From: Lophium mytilinum
Lineage: Eukaryota
Length of the DNA stretch: 64,000 bases
Direction of reading: 5' to 3'
Assembly (NCBI GenBank): GCA_010093605.1
Contig: MU004190.1
Location: 682,001-746,000 of the forward strand
Part shown: positions 25,470 through 38,519 of the stretch, piece after piece
Position numbering within the stretch: the stretch's first letter is position 1
Layout: the number at the start of each line of letters is the position of its first letter
Notes under the pieces: generated by a model
The model's database searches: none
Told to the model about the DNA's origin: nothing
What the model saw: the letters and a program-made list of their open reading frames with translations, nothing else
Made by a program: the position numbers and the translations under genes

Positions 25470-27830
25470 CCCCGAAACCGTCTAAGGCGACCTGGCGACC
25501 TAGCGAGCTTAAAGGTGGTTCGAAACCGTTTATTTGGGTTTCTAGAAATATCATAAGGTACCTCCTGCGGCGTCAATCAGTTGTATTAGTTGCATATGAT
25601 ATGTAATAGTGGCCTTGTCCAAGTCGACTGAGTGGCTTTTGAACCCTACATGTGTAAATCTATCTGATACCGTCTGAGGAGGCCTCACGAGCTTAACGGA
25701 CCGTCAAACCGGTCCGACTCAGATTCCTAGGAGCAGTACAGGGCACCTCAAACAGTGGCAAGTAACAGTTCTTGGTTACGCACTATGCGGATTATTGAGG
25801 CTATCTGTGTAATCTCCTCACCATTCCTAGTCGACCTAGTTGCTAAAATCACACTCGTGTACCACCGTCTGAGGTGCTTTCACGATCTTACCGGCCGTTC
25901 AAAACGCAATAGCTCGGCTTTCTAGAGTTCGTACAAGACACCTCAGACAGCGGCAAGAGGGGGTTGATAATTACGCATTAAGGTTAGCATATGCTTTGGC
26001 CGAATAGCTTTATACTACTCAGGGCACCCCTTACAGTAGTATCGAGCGTGCAGAAAGAAAGCCCTATCACTGTTATATCTATGCACTAAAATGCATCCCT
26101 TGAAACAGGATATTAAAGTCAACAACAGGGAAGTCAGCATACATTTTGCCTGCACAAGCCCCTGCTATCCAGGCCCCTCTTTACAGCGGCGTCTAGGGTG
26201 CAAGGTAAGCCTCCAACACTATAGTATCTAAGCACCTAACTATAGTACTTCAACTATCTATTACGTGAATGTTCAGGTCAACACTACAGAAATTAGCCTC
26301 CCTTTTACCTACACAAGCCTCTACTACCCAGGGTACCCCTTACAGTAGTATCGCACATCCAGAAAGAAAGCCGTAGCGCTGTAATATCCGTCCACCAAAA
26401 TACAGCCCTTGGAACGGGATGTTAAAATCAACACCACGGAAATCAGCATACCTTCTAACGTCACGAGCACCTAATCCCCAGGGCCCTCCTTACGGTGGTA
26501 TTGGGCAACTAAATACAAAGCTATAGCAGCGCTATACACATTCATGAGGAACTCTACCTAGGATTAGCACACCACATCAACATTGGCCTCAACACCACGA
26601 AAACCAGCCTACCTTTGCACTCCCCCACCCACCTTTCACCCAGAGCTCCCCTCACAGCGGTATCAGAAGCGCAATACGAGAGTCCAAGTGATACCATGAC
26701 CACCTCCTTCCCTCTCATACACCACATCACATGACGTAGTCACAACAACACCCACGTATGTCGATGTCATCAACCCCTTATCGAATTTACTTCCAGTCTT
26801 GAACTCTATATCGAGTTGCGTTCAGCATGCATGTTTACACTGCTTTGACACCACTTGAGGTGGCCTTACTAGGTTTCAGACTGTCTAAAACGCAGTAGTT
26901 CATAATTCAGCGATTAGCACGGGGCACCCCATACAGTGGCAGGAAGCGCTCAATACGTAGGAATTCATATTTTAGAGAACAGCACGAAGCACCTCATACA
27001 GCGGCAGGAAGCAGCCAAAACGCAGCAATCCATATTTCAGAGAGTAGCACGGGACACCTCATACGGTGGCAGGAAGCAGTTAGAACGCAGCAATTCGCAT
27101 TTCAAGGAAATGGCACGGGGTACCCCACACAGTAGCAGAAAGCGGTCAAAACTCAGCATATCGATTTTCGGAAAATGGGGCAGGGCGCCTCAAACAGGGG
27201 TAGAAAGAGGTTAGCCATTCTAGTCTACCGCCGTTTAAGGTGCCCTCATGAGGTTTTCGGCTGTCCAAAACGTAGCAATTTAGATATATGGAAATAGTAG
27301 AGGCCACCTCAGACAGTGGCATCACGGGGTTTGTGATTTCCATCTGATACCGTCTGAGGTAGCCTCACAAGCTTCCCAACCGTCCAAAACGCATCGATTC
27401 AGAATTTAGGAAATAGCACGGGGCACCTCAGACAGTGGCATCAAGGGGTTGTTGACTCCCATCTAATGCCGTCTGAGGTGGCCTAACGAGGTTCCCAACC
27501 GTCCAAAATGTAGGTATTCGGAATTTTGGAGACGGTACAGGGCACCTCAGACGACGGCAAGTAGATGTTGTTGATCACGTTCTGACGCCGTCAGAGGTGC
27601 CCTGACGAGCTTCCTAACCCTCCAAAACGTAGGCATTCAGGATGCTGGAAAGGGCACAGGGCACCTCAGACAGTGGCAAAAAGGGCTTGCTAGTTACGTG
27701 GTGTGTGTATGATGTCAGGTTTTCTACAGTTTTGACACCGTTTGAGGTGCCCTCACGAGCTTTCCCAAACGTCCAAAACGCAATAGTTCAGACTTCGGAA
27801 ATGGTACAGGGTGCCTCAGACAGTGGCAAG
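25470..27830. repeat. Composite non-coding tandem array of a palindromic ~96-bp element and its half-sites
   Basis: Repeated arms (T)GAYRCCGTCTGAGGTGCC and GGGCACCTCAGACAGTGGCA; 119-bp period at 27230-27680, 65-66-bp period at 26926-27187, 150/~160-bp period at 26020-26660. Confidence 0.9.
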
Positions 27831-28024
27831 CAGGCGCTGTCATTTACGCAGAGTGTGTATCATTAGGATCATCGCCAACAACTACAACTTTCAACTACCC
27901 AGACCGCCAAATAGCCGGCAAAGCACTCCCCAACGCCAAAATGCCACCAAATGCCCCCAATTCCAAGAAAAGCCTAAATATACATAGAAGAAAAGAATTA
28001 GAAGCATACCTTCGCATTTATTGA

Positions 28025-28873
28025 TTACAAAAACAGTTCCGGCGCAAATGTGACCATTCCCATGACCGCCGCGTCCAGCCCCTCCTCGTCCTCCATATCT
28101 GACGCGTCGTCCATGCTCATGTCATCAATGTTGTCAAATGTCAGATCTTCCTCCACAAAGTCCCCCACGCTCACTGGACTGTTGTGATAAGTTCCGGTGA
28201 CGGCGCGTTCGCATTTGGTAGTATCAGTGACAATATTCCCCGAAGCGTAGGAGGAGCCAACGTAGAACGTAAGGGTGGCCTTGGCTTGGTGATTCTCCCG
28301 GAAAACCTTCTGCAGAACTGCGACGGTATTGGTGGCGAAGCGTGCGGCATTGAGGCGGATGCGGAGGTGCTTCACAACGCGTGAGCGGATGAGGAAGCAC
28401 AAGGCGTAGGTGAATGGGTGCATTTGAGTCAAAAGGGAGTCGTCGAAGTGGTCGACGATCAAAGGGTGGAGCTTGGAGCAGACTTCGACGCTGACTTGAT
28501 CCAGTTTGAGGTTGGCAACGGCTGGTGCCTTGATAAGCTGGGCTCTGTCAAGCGTAGTGGGCAGATCTGGGTGGTCGGTGCAGAGGGAGATCGCGATCTT
28601 TCGCAGGAAGTGTAGATTTCCGGAGGCGATGGGTCCGAGCGGCTGGGCGGCGTTGCATGTAAAAAGGAACTCGTTTTTCGAGTAGAAGGTTTCGGCGGCC
28701 TGAAGATGCCAGGACGAAGTCTGCATAATTGCCAGCATGTTCGCAGGAGTGGGCGTGTCGACAGGCACAAAGCCGTCAGTAACGAGCAACTCTTCGTATA
28801 CCATGAGCAGGAGCTCAACAGGTATCGCGCTTAGGTAATCCATCTTGTTCTCTTCAGTGGTTCGGGTAGACAT
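28025..28873 (-). CDS. Hypothetical protein, F-box-like N-terminus and acidic C-terminus (282 aa)
   Basis: YLSAIPVELLLMVYEELL, AAETFYSKNEFLF; D/E-rich tail; intronless. Confidence 0.7.
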   Translation of the reverse strand: MSTRTTEENKMDYLSAIPVELLLMVYEELLVTDGFVPVDTPTPANMLAIMQTSSWHLQAAETFYSKNEFLFTCNAAQPLGPIASGNLHFLRKIAISLCTDHPDLPTTLDRAQLIKAPAVANLKLDQVSVEVCSKLHPLIVDHFDDSLLTQMHPFTYALCFLIRSRVVKHLRIRLNAARFATNTVAVLQKVFRENHQAKATLTFYVGSSYASGNIVTDTTKCERAVTGTYHNSPVSVGDFVEEDLTFDNIDDMSMDDASDMEDEEGLDAAVMGMVTFAPELFL

Positions 28874-31098
28874 TCTTGGTGGTTGTTGAGTGTCGCTGTA
28901 GGAGTCGCGATGTAAAGGTTGCGGGTGGATTGAGTGTGGGAGGGCTAGTTGGGCGGTATTGTTGTGCGCGGACTATAGGCTTGGACGACGATGGCGCTCT
29001 GATCAAAGCCCTGTTTATTGAGTCGGGAACGGAACCGTGGTAGCCTATGTGTCCTAAAGTGGGGCACGTGCCGAATGGAGTATCAAGACAAACGCGCTTG
29101 GCAACACGCTACAAGACTTTCCAGCGACTTGAGATTTAGTACGGAGTTTGATACGAATGCCGGAGCCTTGAAAGGTGACGAGATGAGGTGGCGGAGTTGG
29201 ATACATATTACCTGAATCGATCAAAGTCGAGCCTCAATTGAACCGCGGGCCTCGAACGTGTCGGACGTGATGTGGAAGTAGCCGCCGCCAGTAAAGAAAA
29301 AGTGGAGAGTAGGAAGGATAGAGGAACAGTGGTGCGGTCGAGGGAAGGATAAGCCTATATAGGCGTCGGGTTGTTGTGATCTTGCGCGTGCTTGGCAGTA
29401 GCGAGCGTTGAGCAAGCGGGGTTTAACCGGCCGGTCATGGGACAACGTGATCCAACGCGTACTTTGAGAGCTGCAGGCTGCAATGCGGGTTGCCGAACAC
29501 TAGATCTGGAGGGCAGGTGATCTGAGCACGGCCGAAACAGCAATGGCGATAGTCCTCGAGGCAACGCTTTTGATGCAACCTCAATTAGATGCTGCACCTG
29601 AACTCTGTGCCGACTTCAAATTCCTAGATGAAGCACGCGTAGATGGCCTGAGAGCTGATGTGGCAGTAGCAGCCTTAAAAGTGGAAGACGCGACGCCACG
29701 CGGACACGTCTTGAGGTTGGTTGCGTAGGACCTGGAACACATACGCCAGCCCATAGGTCCTGCGGCACGGGCTTCCGGTGTTCGCCTCCCGATTTCTTCC
29801 CTGGCATTTGCCTCGATGTGTGCGACATCTGCCCCACAGCTCCAATCCGTGATGCTTCATCATACTACTTCCCTTCCATAATCGTGGAATCAGAGTCACA
29901 TATAAAAGAGGACGAGGAAAAGAGAAGCTGGAGAACGTAATATGGTAGAAGAGGCCCATCTTGTTCTTGATTTTATTCATTAGGGACAGGAGTCCAACTA
30001 TCTCATCATCTTATGCATTTTTGAGGGTTTTCATTGAGGCCGGTAAGGCGGAGAGCAAGAGGGACGGACTCGTTTTCGCGACGCAGACCCACGGCCAACG
30101 GTGCCGCATAACATGCCCGTGGCTGGTGGGGAAAATGAAGATGCCGGCGGGCACATGTCGATCGCGATGACGGCGTAACGGCGCGGCTACCTCATGACGA
30201 GGAGATGGCGGAAGCCTGAGCATGCTGCGCATCTGATCATATCATCCTATGAACAGCTTAACGTCGAAGATGCCAACTAAAAAGGAGATACTCGTCCCCT
30301 ATTGCTCTACTAAGCGCAACATCCACAGGCAGGTAGTAGAGGAAGCTGCCGAGCGAGGCTATCGCACGCGCACGCGCATCCGCATCATTTGCAGAGTGAG
30401 TTAGCTTGTGAATACCGGCTCAGGTATAGGTTTTGCAAAGTTCTGGGTTCTCTGCAATTAGAAGTACATCACCTGGTGGTATTGACAGGAACAGATGTCG
30501 TGGCCCTGGTAGAAATTGGCGTGGGTGCCGGATCGGATTATTAGAACGCCGACAATGCACGTTCCCTCTTGTCAGCCTCACGTGCCTCAGTACCTTCTTG
30601 GTCGCGCGAAGGTCTCTATCTCTGTCCTAGGCTTCCTTTGCCCTTGCTTAGCTAGAGTAGAAGAAAATGAAGGATCTGGACGTATGTAAGGCTAAGAGAG
30701 TAGAGGCGATGTGTACAAAGACTGAATTAGTTTTACTTGTTTTCTCATCCACCGACACTGAGGAACAAACTGCAGTGAAATGTATTAGGAACATAAGTGT
30801 CAAATCAGTCGAGCCGTTGTTCGAACAAGAGAGAATCATCGCATTTTCCTGTGCTGGTCCTTCCAGCCCTTTCGAAAACCGGCCTCCCAAGCCAAAGCAG
30901 TGCCCGCCAACGAGATAAATATATTACAGTAACCGTAAACCAAGCACCCAGACATTTTCGCTGCGGAGGCCCTCTCACAGCGTATCTAGGTACTGTTTTG
31001 TCCTCCAAGAAAAAGCTGCCAGTATCAACAGGGCGCAGCACTCGATCGCATCAAAACCAATACTTCAAAACACCCACTCGCTCGTCTCGACTCACGTC

Positions 31099-33435
31099 TC
31101 AATGATGGTCTCCCCCTAATAGCGGCGCACTTTCTCCAGCACCGCCCTTGTTCCTTTTCTTGCCAGCCCTCTTCTTGCGCTTCTTCTTCCCGCCGCTCTG
31201 CGCCTTGTCGCCTGCGCCATCAGCGTCAGTATGATCAGCTCCGTTTTGTTTCGAATCCTCGCTTTTGTCTCCAGAGTGATTGCCCTCCTCAGTATCCGAC
31301 GAGCTCGTCGTCTCGAGTACCATCTTCTTGATGCCGCCAATATCTACAAAGTTCTCTGTAATACTGCCACTCCGTGCCGTTGCACGCTTTTTGGGAGCTT
31401 TCGGAGACGATGAGCCCACCGAGTGCAAAGAGCCAAGTGTGCTGGTGGAATTTGTTCTTCCTCGTCGATTATCGATGATGATTTTCGCATCCGAGTCCGC
31501 AGTCTTGGGTCTTTGTGACGCAGGCCCGTCCTCACCGTCGGTTTGGGATTGCGGTGCACCAGAGCTCATGGTTCCGTATCCAACAGCTAGGCTGTGAACA
31601 CCGTCGCTCGCATCGCGGCCCGCTGATTCTAGCAAACCGTCTCCGATGCCGCCTTGGGTCTCATTGGGACTGTAGTGTACTTTCTGGGCGTTTTCTGGTA
31701 TTGGGGCAACGCCTGGCTTGATTTTGACGGTGTTGATGCGGGTCTGCTTGGGCCGTGTTGCCACATTCGAGGGGCCGAGATGCTTGAGGTGTTTCTGGAA
31801 TTCTGGATCAGTGCTACGGATAGGGAATGTTCCGTTGGTTCTGTCCATCGAGCCAGTCCCGCTGCTTCTCCGGCGTATCATGAAGGTTGCTACCTTCGGA
31901 CTGGCAGCCATCTCCGACATCGATGGTTTCGGCTTGTCTGCTCCAGCGATATCTACAGCTCGGTCTTCCGGTACAGTTGTTATGCTCGTGGGCTCGTCTT
32001 TTGAGTGTGCGGAGTCTGCAACGACCTCGCCCTTGGGCACACGAGATCGAGGCGCAGGTGCCATGCGTCGAATAGCTTTATGAACGTCGATGAAGACATC
32101 AGACTCGTCAATGATTTCCCTATGCTTTCGTTAGTGGTTGAGCATCCAGCAACGTAAAGTGAACTCACTCTCCAATCAGCTCTTCAATCACGTCTTCCAG
32201 AGTTACCACGCCAGATGCGCCATATGATTCCCCAGGGAAGTCGGATATAAGGACCATGTGCGATTTGCCCTCTTGAAAGAAGTTAACGATGTCCAGACAG
32301 CTTGTCTCCGGCCTGGTCTCCGGCAATGTAGCTAGCGCAAAGTCTCTAACACGCAATGCGTCCTCCGGGTCATAGGTGATGAGCATTTTAACAAGCAGCA
32401 TGCCGACAAAGTTGCGCTCGTTATCCGGTGAGTATATAGGGATCCTAGAATATCCAGCCGAGAGGATAATATCCATCATCTTCTCATCAAGCACGGTATC
32501 GGCGGACATGGTGAAAACGTCATTCAACGGCGTCATAATGCTACCAACGGACTTATCCTTGAGATCAAGAACAGCGCTGATGATGGTGACCTCGTCCTGG
32601 TTGAGTCGGTCATCTGGACTCGTCCCCAAGGTCTTGTGCAAATCAACCAGAGTCTTCAATCCAGCCTTCTTGTATGTCGCGCCGTGGTTCTTTCCGAGTA
32701 GGTAGTCGAGCAGCTTTGCGATGGGCCAGGCGATCGGTGACATGATCCACATGAGAACGTGGATGGTAGGAGCCAGCATGGCACCAATAGGTAGGCCGTA
32801 GCGCGCGCATACTGATTGCGGAACAACTTCGCCGAATATGACTGCGAAGGTCAGCTAATTATCCCCGAGCAGAGAGCAGAAGACGTACCAATCAACGCAG
32901 TACTGCCCAGTACAGCGGGCCAGCCTCCACCGAGAGATCTGTCCAAGACTATAGGCAGTGTTTCATTGGTGATGGTATTGCTGAGGAGGAGCGTGACAAG
33001 AACCCAATGTTTGCCCTTCTTCAGAAGATTGAGTACCTTTTCCGCGTTCTTTCGCTCGGAACCTTCTCCGGAGGATGCAATGACTTGAAGGTAGATTTCG
33101 TCCTGGCCCATGAGGCTTTGTGGAAGCTGTGTCAGTATCGTGTAGCACAAGAGCTAAGACAAGCGCAGAACGTACGCAATAGTCAAGCCGGCGAAAGCCC
33201 CTCCGAGGAGTACCAGAATAGCAGCAGTGCCCAGATATATCCACAGGCTGGGGTCATCGGCGGGTTTGGGTTCATCTTTCTCCAGAAGCCCAACCGAGGT
33301 TCGTTCGACAGGCGCTCCATGGGAAAGAGGGAGGTAGGCGAGGACCAGAAAGAGGAGGCTGATGGTGGTGAAAGCAGCGGGTCTCACGGAGGCCAAAACA
33401 TTGCGACTGCTCGCAGCACCGGAGGCCGAATTCAT
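31099..33435 (-). CDS. MAM3: CNNM/DUF21-CBS domain membrane protein (Mam3-like)
   Basis: [45 protein letters not shown] pair ([32 protein letters not shown]). Confidence 0.92.
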
Positions 33436-34502
33436 GGCAAGCAGCACAGAGAGCGCGTCGCGCGGATCGGGAACTGCGTGGAAGAAGCACAGGAGGGGTC
33501 GTCTTGGGTATTTGCGACACGTTGGTGGTTGGAGGAGGTGGTAGGATCGCTATGAAAGGCGGCATGGGGATGGGCCCTGTGCTTCTAGACTTCGTTCCCC
33601 AAAACCACGGTTCCGCCGACCATAACTCCGCCGCGTCATTGCCTCATCGCCTGACGATATATTTACAAAATTATCTCCCGAGTAGCGCCAATTGCTCAGA
33701 ACAGATGCAGCTTGCTCCGCTTTTGATCTCCTGCCTTGTTCTGGCGTGCGTCGCGGGCAGAACGCTCTGTGAGCATGACAGAGCCTCCGTAAACCACGAC
33801 CAGCATACCATGCTGTGTCGACGAAAAGCCCGCACTCCACTGGTTCCACCAAATCTGCTCCTACAGCTAGCTCTCCGATTGTTCGCTGAGCATAGATTTA
33901 CGACATCAAACAGAGTTTTCTGCGGCACAAAGCGTCCTGCTCGTTCTTCGTCTATATGCCACATCCGTCATTAAGTCTAGGTACGTGATCTTAGCTTGTA
34001 CTGTACCTTCGCAAGTTGCATTCCCTAATGGCCAATCACATCACGCGGTGACACACAAGCTTCTCCTAGACTGATCTTTGGTCAAGTTTAGGCGGAGTGC
34101 TGCGCACGTCGAGAAGATCAGATTAAAAGCTGGGGCGAGCTGCAGACTTTTTATTCCTCTCTGTGTCTACATAACCAAACAGAAAGAAACGAGGGATCTG
34201 GCGGGAATCTTCCGCCAAGATTTCAGAGATCAAACGAAAATCAGGTGACTTTCACGTGCATCTCGGCGTTGCTCGGTTGCTCGCGGAGCTTTCCGCTTTC
34301 GTTTCTCACCCTTTCATTTCTGCGTGTTCGTAATGACGCGAATTCGTTATATTGCGATTCGTAATACCGAGGCGAAACTGTACATTTGAGGAATGCCAGT
34401 TGGCGCTCTTCGACGCCATTCAAAATTCCCGGAGAGACGGCCGCGATCCAAGAAAAAGGCCGGAAATCAATGTCTCCAATAACCTAAAGTCCCACAAAGC
34501 TA

Positions 34503-36338
34503 CTACAGAGAAATCCGCGAGATCTCAGTGCGGTCGGCCCTCTTTTCATCGATGTCGCTTGCTTGCAGCGGTGGGCTGTCACTACCTAGCGGGGCTGGCC
34601 CTGGTAACGTGCCGTCGAACACACGCTTGGTGGCCGCTTTCCTATTATCTCGCCAGAGAAGCAGCTGGACGATAGCAGTCAGGGCCACTAAGAGAGAAAA
34701 AAGACCGGTCAGCATACTTTCAGTGCCTTAGATGATGCTTGGTGGACTTACTGAGTAGAATTTGCAGGACGATGCACCAGAGGTATCCCTTTCTCGCGGC
34801 CGGGAACTCTGTTGTCTTCCATACAAAATTAGGCGCAACCGCCTGCACGACATACGCAAAGTCGTTGCCCATTGCAACGAGCAACGCTCTCTTCTCCGTG
34901 TCGCTCGAGCAGATCTCGTTGATCCAGCTGAGGATGAGCGGGCCAGCTCCGAAGCCAATATTACTGAGCCAATATACAACTTTACGGCCATAGAGATTCT
35001 CGTACAGCGGCATCTGGCGCATGAGGACACAGAAGATGAGCGAAATGACCGCGCCGATATAAATGAAGGGCCAGCGTGCGCCACGGAGCGGTCCATCGGA
35101 AAGCCAAGCCCACACGAAAGCCATGCCGATGAAGACACCGGATGTGACAAGAGGTAGGTTGTTGATCTGCGGTACAGTGAAATTGGTACCGGGGACGGGA
35201 TTAGGTTTGTGGTTGAAGCTCTTCAGCCAGTATCCCATGGCTGCCTGCGGCGCGCCGTTGTTCCAGAGGACGTACAACATGGGGAGGAGGTAGGTGTGCC
35301 AGCTCGTAAAGATTCGTATGAACTTGGCCTTCGTCCATGGTTCCTTGCCAGCACGTCCAATAGCGTTCATACGCTTGACTGAAAGGACGTGCTCCTCTTC
35401 GGTTGTCCACCATGTCCTCTTCCCGCCCTGGGGTAGATTGGGGAAGAATATGAAGCCCATTATGGCGAGTGGTAGTGTGATAATGCCGTCGATGATGAAC
35501 AGCCATCTCCAACCCGAATGGCCGTCCACGCCGTTCAGATTCTTGTAGGCGGCCGCCTGCAGGAAACCGCTAAACAGCTGCCCGATCGCGCCGGCGAGCC
35601 AAAACACCATAGCCCGTTTGCCAAGCTCTTTGGGTGTGTACCATGATCCCAGTAGGTAATGGATTCCGGGATAGAAGCCAGATCTGTGCAAGCGAGTTCA
35701 GTCTCCAAACAATTCAAGGGTTGAAGGACTCCGGGCTCAAGGATCATGCTTACTCGAATAGTCCTACAAAGAACCGTAAGGCGTAAAGGCCTTGGTACGA
35801 CTGCACAGAAGACTGGCAGATGGTGGCGACTCCCCAGCCAACCTCAAGCTGTAGATACAACATCAGCGGGGTTGGCACAAGAAACATGGGTAAGAAGAGG
35901 CACAAACCGTAGGTATAACCCAGCGTGGCGACACTCGGGTCAGCAGCAGATTGGCCGGTATCTGCCCAATGACATAGCCAACTGTGAAGATAGACGTCTG
36001 GGTCACGAGTTGATTACCGTACATGGACAGGTCTTCCTCCATGCCGCTAAGGAAAGCATTGTTGACATTGTATAGATCGAGATTCTTCAGGAAGTATCCG
36101 ATCTGAGTAACTCCGTGTTAGAAGACTTCTATTCTTTCCCAAGGGAGAGAATACTAGCACTTACCGAGGCAAAGGTGAGCACGAACGCGTCCAACTTGAA
36201 TAACAACCAGCGTTGGTCCTTCGGAAGTTCCCATGTGTCCCAGACATAGCCCTTCCATGTCTTGATAGGCTTTACCTCGATCTCCTCGCCCTCCAGTTCC
36301 CGGCCGTCGAGGCCAATCTCATTTTCTGCGTGTCCCAT
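34503..36338 (-). CDS. MFS transporter, allantoate/pantothenate permease family (Liz1/Fen2-like)
   Basis: LLFKLDAFVLTFAS, GYFLKNLDL.NVNNAFLSGMEEDL, GFYPGIHYLLGSWY, GWRWLFIIDGIIT. Confidence 0.9.
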
Positions 36339-36526
36339 AATGAATTGATGAAATTGGGAGATGAAACGAGATCTTCGGTCGCACCGCAGTTATAATCCAT
36401 GGCACCTCTATACTATATAAATGTACATGAAGTTCAAGATTCGGCCTGTGCTCATTGCATGCAGCAATCACGCCTTCCTGTCACCCCATGCCAACTCAAA
36501 ACTGATATCCGAAATTCTGGGTTCAT

Positions 36527-36758
36527 AAGTTGGTACCCAAGCTAGCGGGTTCGAGAATCGCACCGCCTGCCTCAAAATGCATGTCCTTATCTCGGGAACT
36601 CCCTGAGGGTGTCTATAAAAGGCCGTCGCTCCCATTTCGCAATAATCGCCACATATAACTCATGCTTTAGGGAATCGAGAGCCTACTTTTCGAACCCAAA
36701 CGCCAAACTAACAAGTTGGTTCCTAAGCTAGCGGGCTCGAGAGGGGCATCGCCTGCCT
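36527..36758 (+). repeat. Two ~46-bp imperfect direct repeats 186 bp apart upstream of the MFS permease
   Basis: AAGTTGGTACCCAAGCTAGCGGGTTCGAGAATCGCACCGCCTGCCT (36527) vs AAGTTGGTTCCTAAGCTAGCGGGCTCGAGAGGGGCATCGCCTGCCT (36713). Confidence 0.75.
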
Positions 36759-38519
36759 GTCAGAATGTCTGCATCGTTATCTGTTCCGCGGGCGCCATCC
36801 TTGAGAATCTACAGGAGGTTGCGTTTGTGGTTGCGCAATAATCGCAATATATAACCAATGCTCTAGCTAAGCGAGACTCTACCGAACCATCAGCGAGTTG
36901 ACACCACACCAAACCGGGGCCCACGCATACCCCACCCCCACCAGAAGCTGGATCCATGAGCTGGCTCTGCCTGGAACGCGGACCTGGGGTGATGTATGCG
37001 CCAGACAGCCGGTACTGACAGCCGCAATGCATCCGAGATCGACACGTCGGCCCAGGCACTGGGTATGCAGTGGAGAGGGATTCGGCAAGGAATCGGTGCA
37101 TGAAGAGAGATCCATTTCTTCTCGCGGTGATCGCGGTACGAAGGATATGGTCAAGTATACACGTGACATTCACGTGCTTGTATGGCCCGTGCTTGGTTGC
37201 TTGCGGACCTCTCCGTTTCCGTTGTTCTCCCCCGATCCTCATTCATGAACATGGCCCACCCCATCGTGGCGTTTCTCCGCTCATAATCCGACCCTAATCT
37301 AAGTGAATCTTGTTCATGGCGCTTTGCTGGAACGCTGCGGTTGGGCGACTCGTATCCGCAGAGCTGGTGAACACTCGTGGACCTTGATGGGTGTCTTTCC
37401 GGACGATCACTTCGCAGATGACTTATATTGGAAACAAGCAAACCGAAGCTTGATTACTGGCTCGATTCATCGCCTTGTGACGGACGTCTTTCCGGCGTCA
37501 CACGGATGGTACATCGTAGGGTCATAGGATCAGTCTCGAGGCTGGACCTGTCGGAAGCCACTGCTAGCTACTAGCACATTCACAAAGAAGGCACATTGCC
37601 GTTGTTTCTATTCGATTCCCTGTCTCATCATTATCGTTTTCCGTGTGATTATCGCTATGCCAGCACTTACGGCTTCTTCCATCATTGTCTCTTTTTGGAG
37701 TCGCAGGCGTTGCTTTTCGCGTGCCTTGTATATGCACCTGAATGTTATTCCGTCTTGTCGGGCGAACTTTTATCAGCCGTCCTGAAATGGCGGGGTTCGT
37801 CATACATGAGATATCCACAGATGACTACGGCAACAACGTTGCGCGACATGCTGCAAGCGAGCAGTTGCCTGATCGTAGAGTCAGAGAGAGCTTTGTATTT
37901 GTTAGGTATGTATTTTCTGACGCAATAGGGCTGCCAGGCTCTCTCAGTGGAATCTTAGGTCAGCTGTGGATGAGAATTAATTCGTGGCACATTTCAGCCA
38001 CACCCTTAGTACGTTTCATCTGTACTCACTTCTTACAATGGCAAGGAGCTTGAGCTGGTTGAGCATTCTGCCGAAAGCCAACAGTCTCTTCACAATGGAT
38101 AGTATGAAAGCTGAGTGGAGGAGCAGGCAAGAAAAACGAAGATGGCTTGAATCTCATCTGAGTCTTCACATCGCACTAACTTCTCAAAGTACAGCAGCTT
38201 TGCCATTAGCCATGTGGTCTGCGACCCCAGAGCATTGGTTGCACACTTTTACGCTGCAATACCTACCGCAACCACCATCCTTGCCGTTTGCGGTAATCAG
38301 ATGCCACTCCTCCATTCCGACTGCCTCGTTCTATAAATACAGAGCAGCCACGCTTTCTCAGTCGTGCTTCCGTGGCTGCAACATCTCACTCCGGTCCCTA
38401 CTCAACTTCCGAATTCTAGTAGCTTTGTACCACTGCGCAGACGTCCATACTTCCCTCACATACGCACAGCTCAAATAGTCCACCATTAGCGGCACTTGGA
38501 CCAGGATATCTCGCCAAAA

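Noticed and set aside
25470..27830. CRISPR array interpretation of the repeat region
   Set aside because: Eukaryotic context, no cas genes, repeats are degenerate and spacers are homologous to each other.
29018..31090. Small ORFs in the long intergenic region
   Set aside because: No motifs, splice-supported model or RNA-gene signature.
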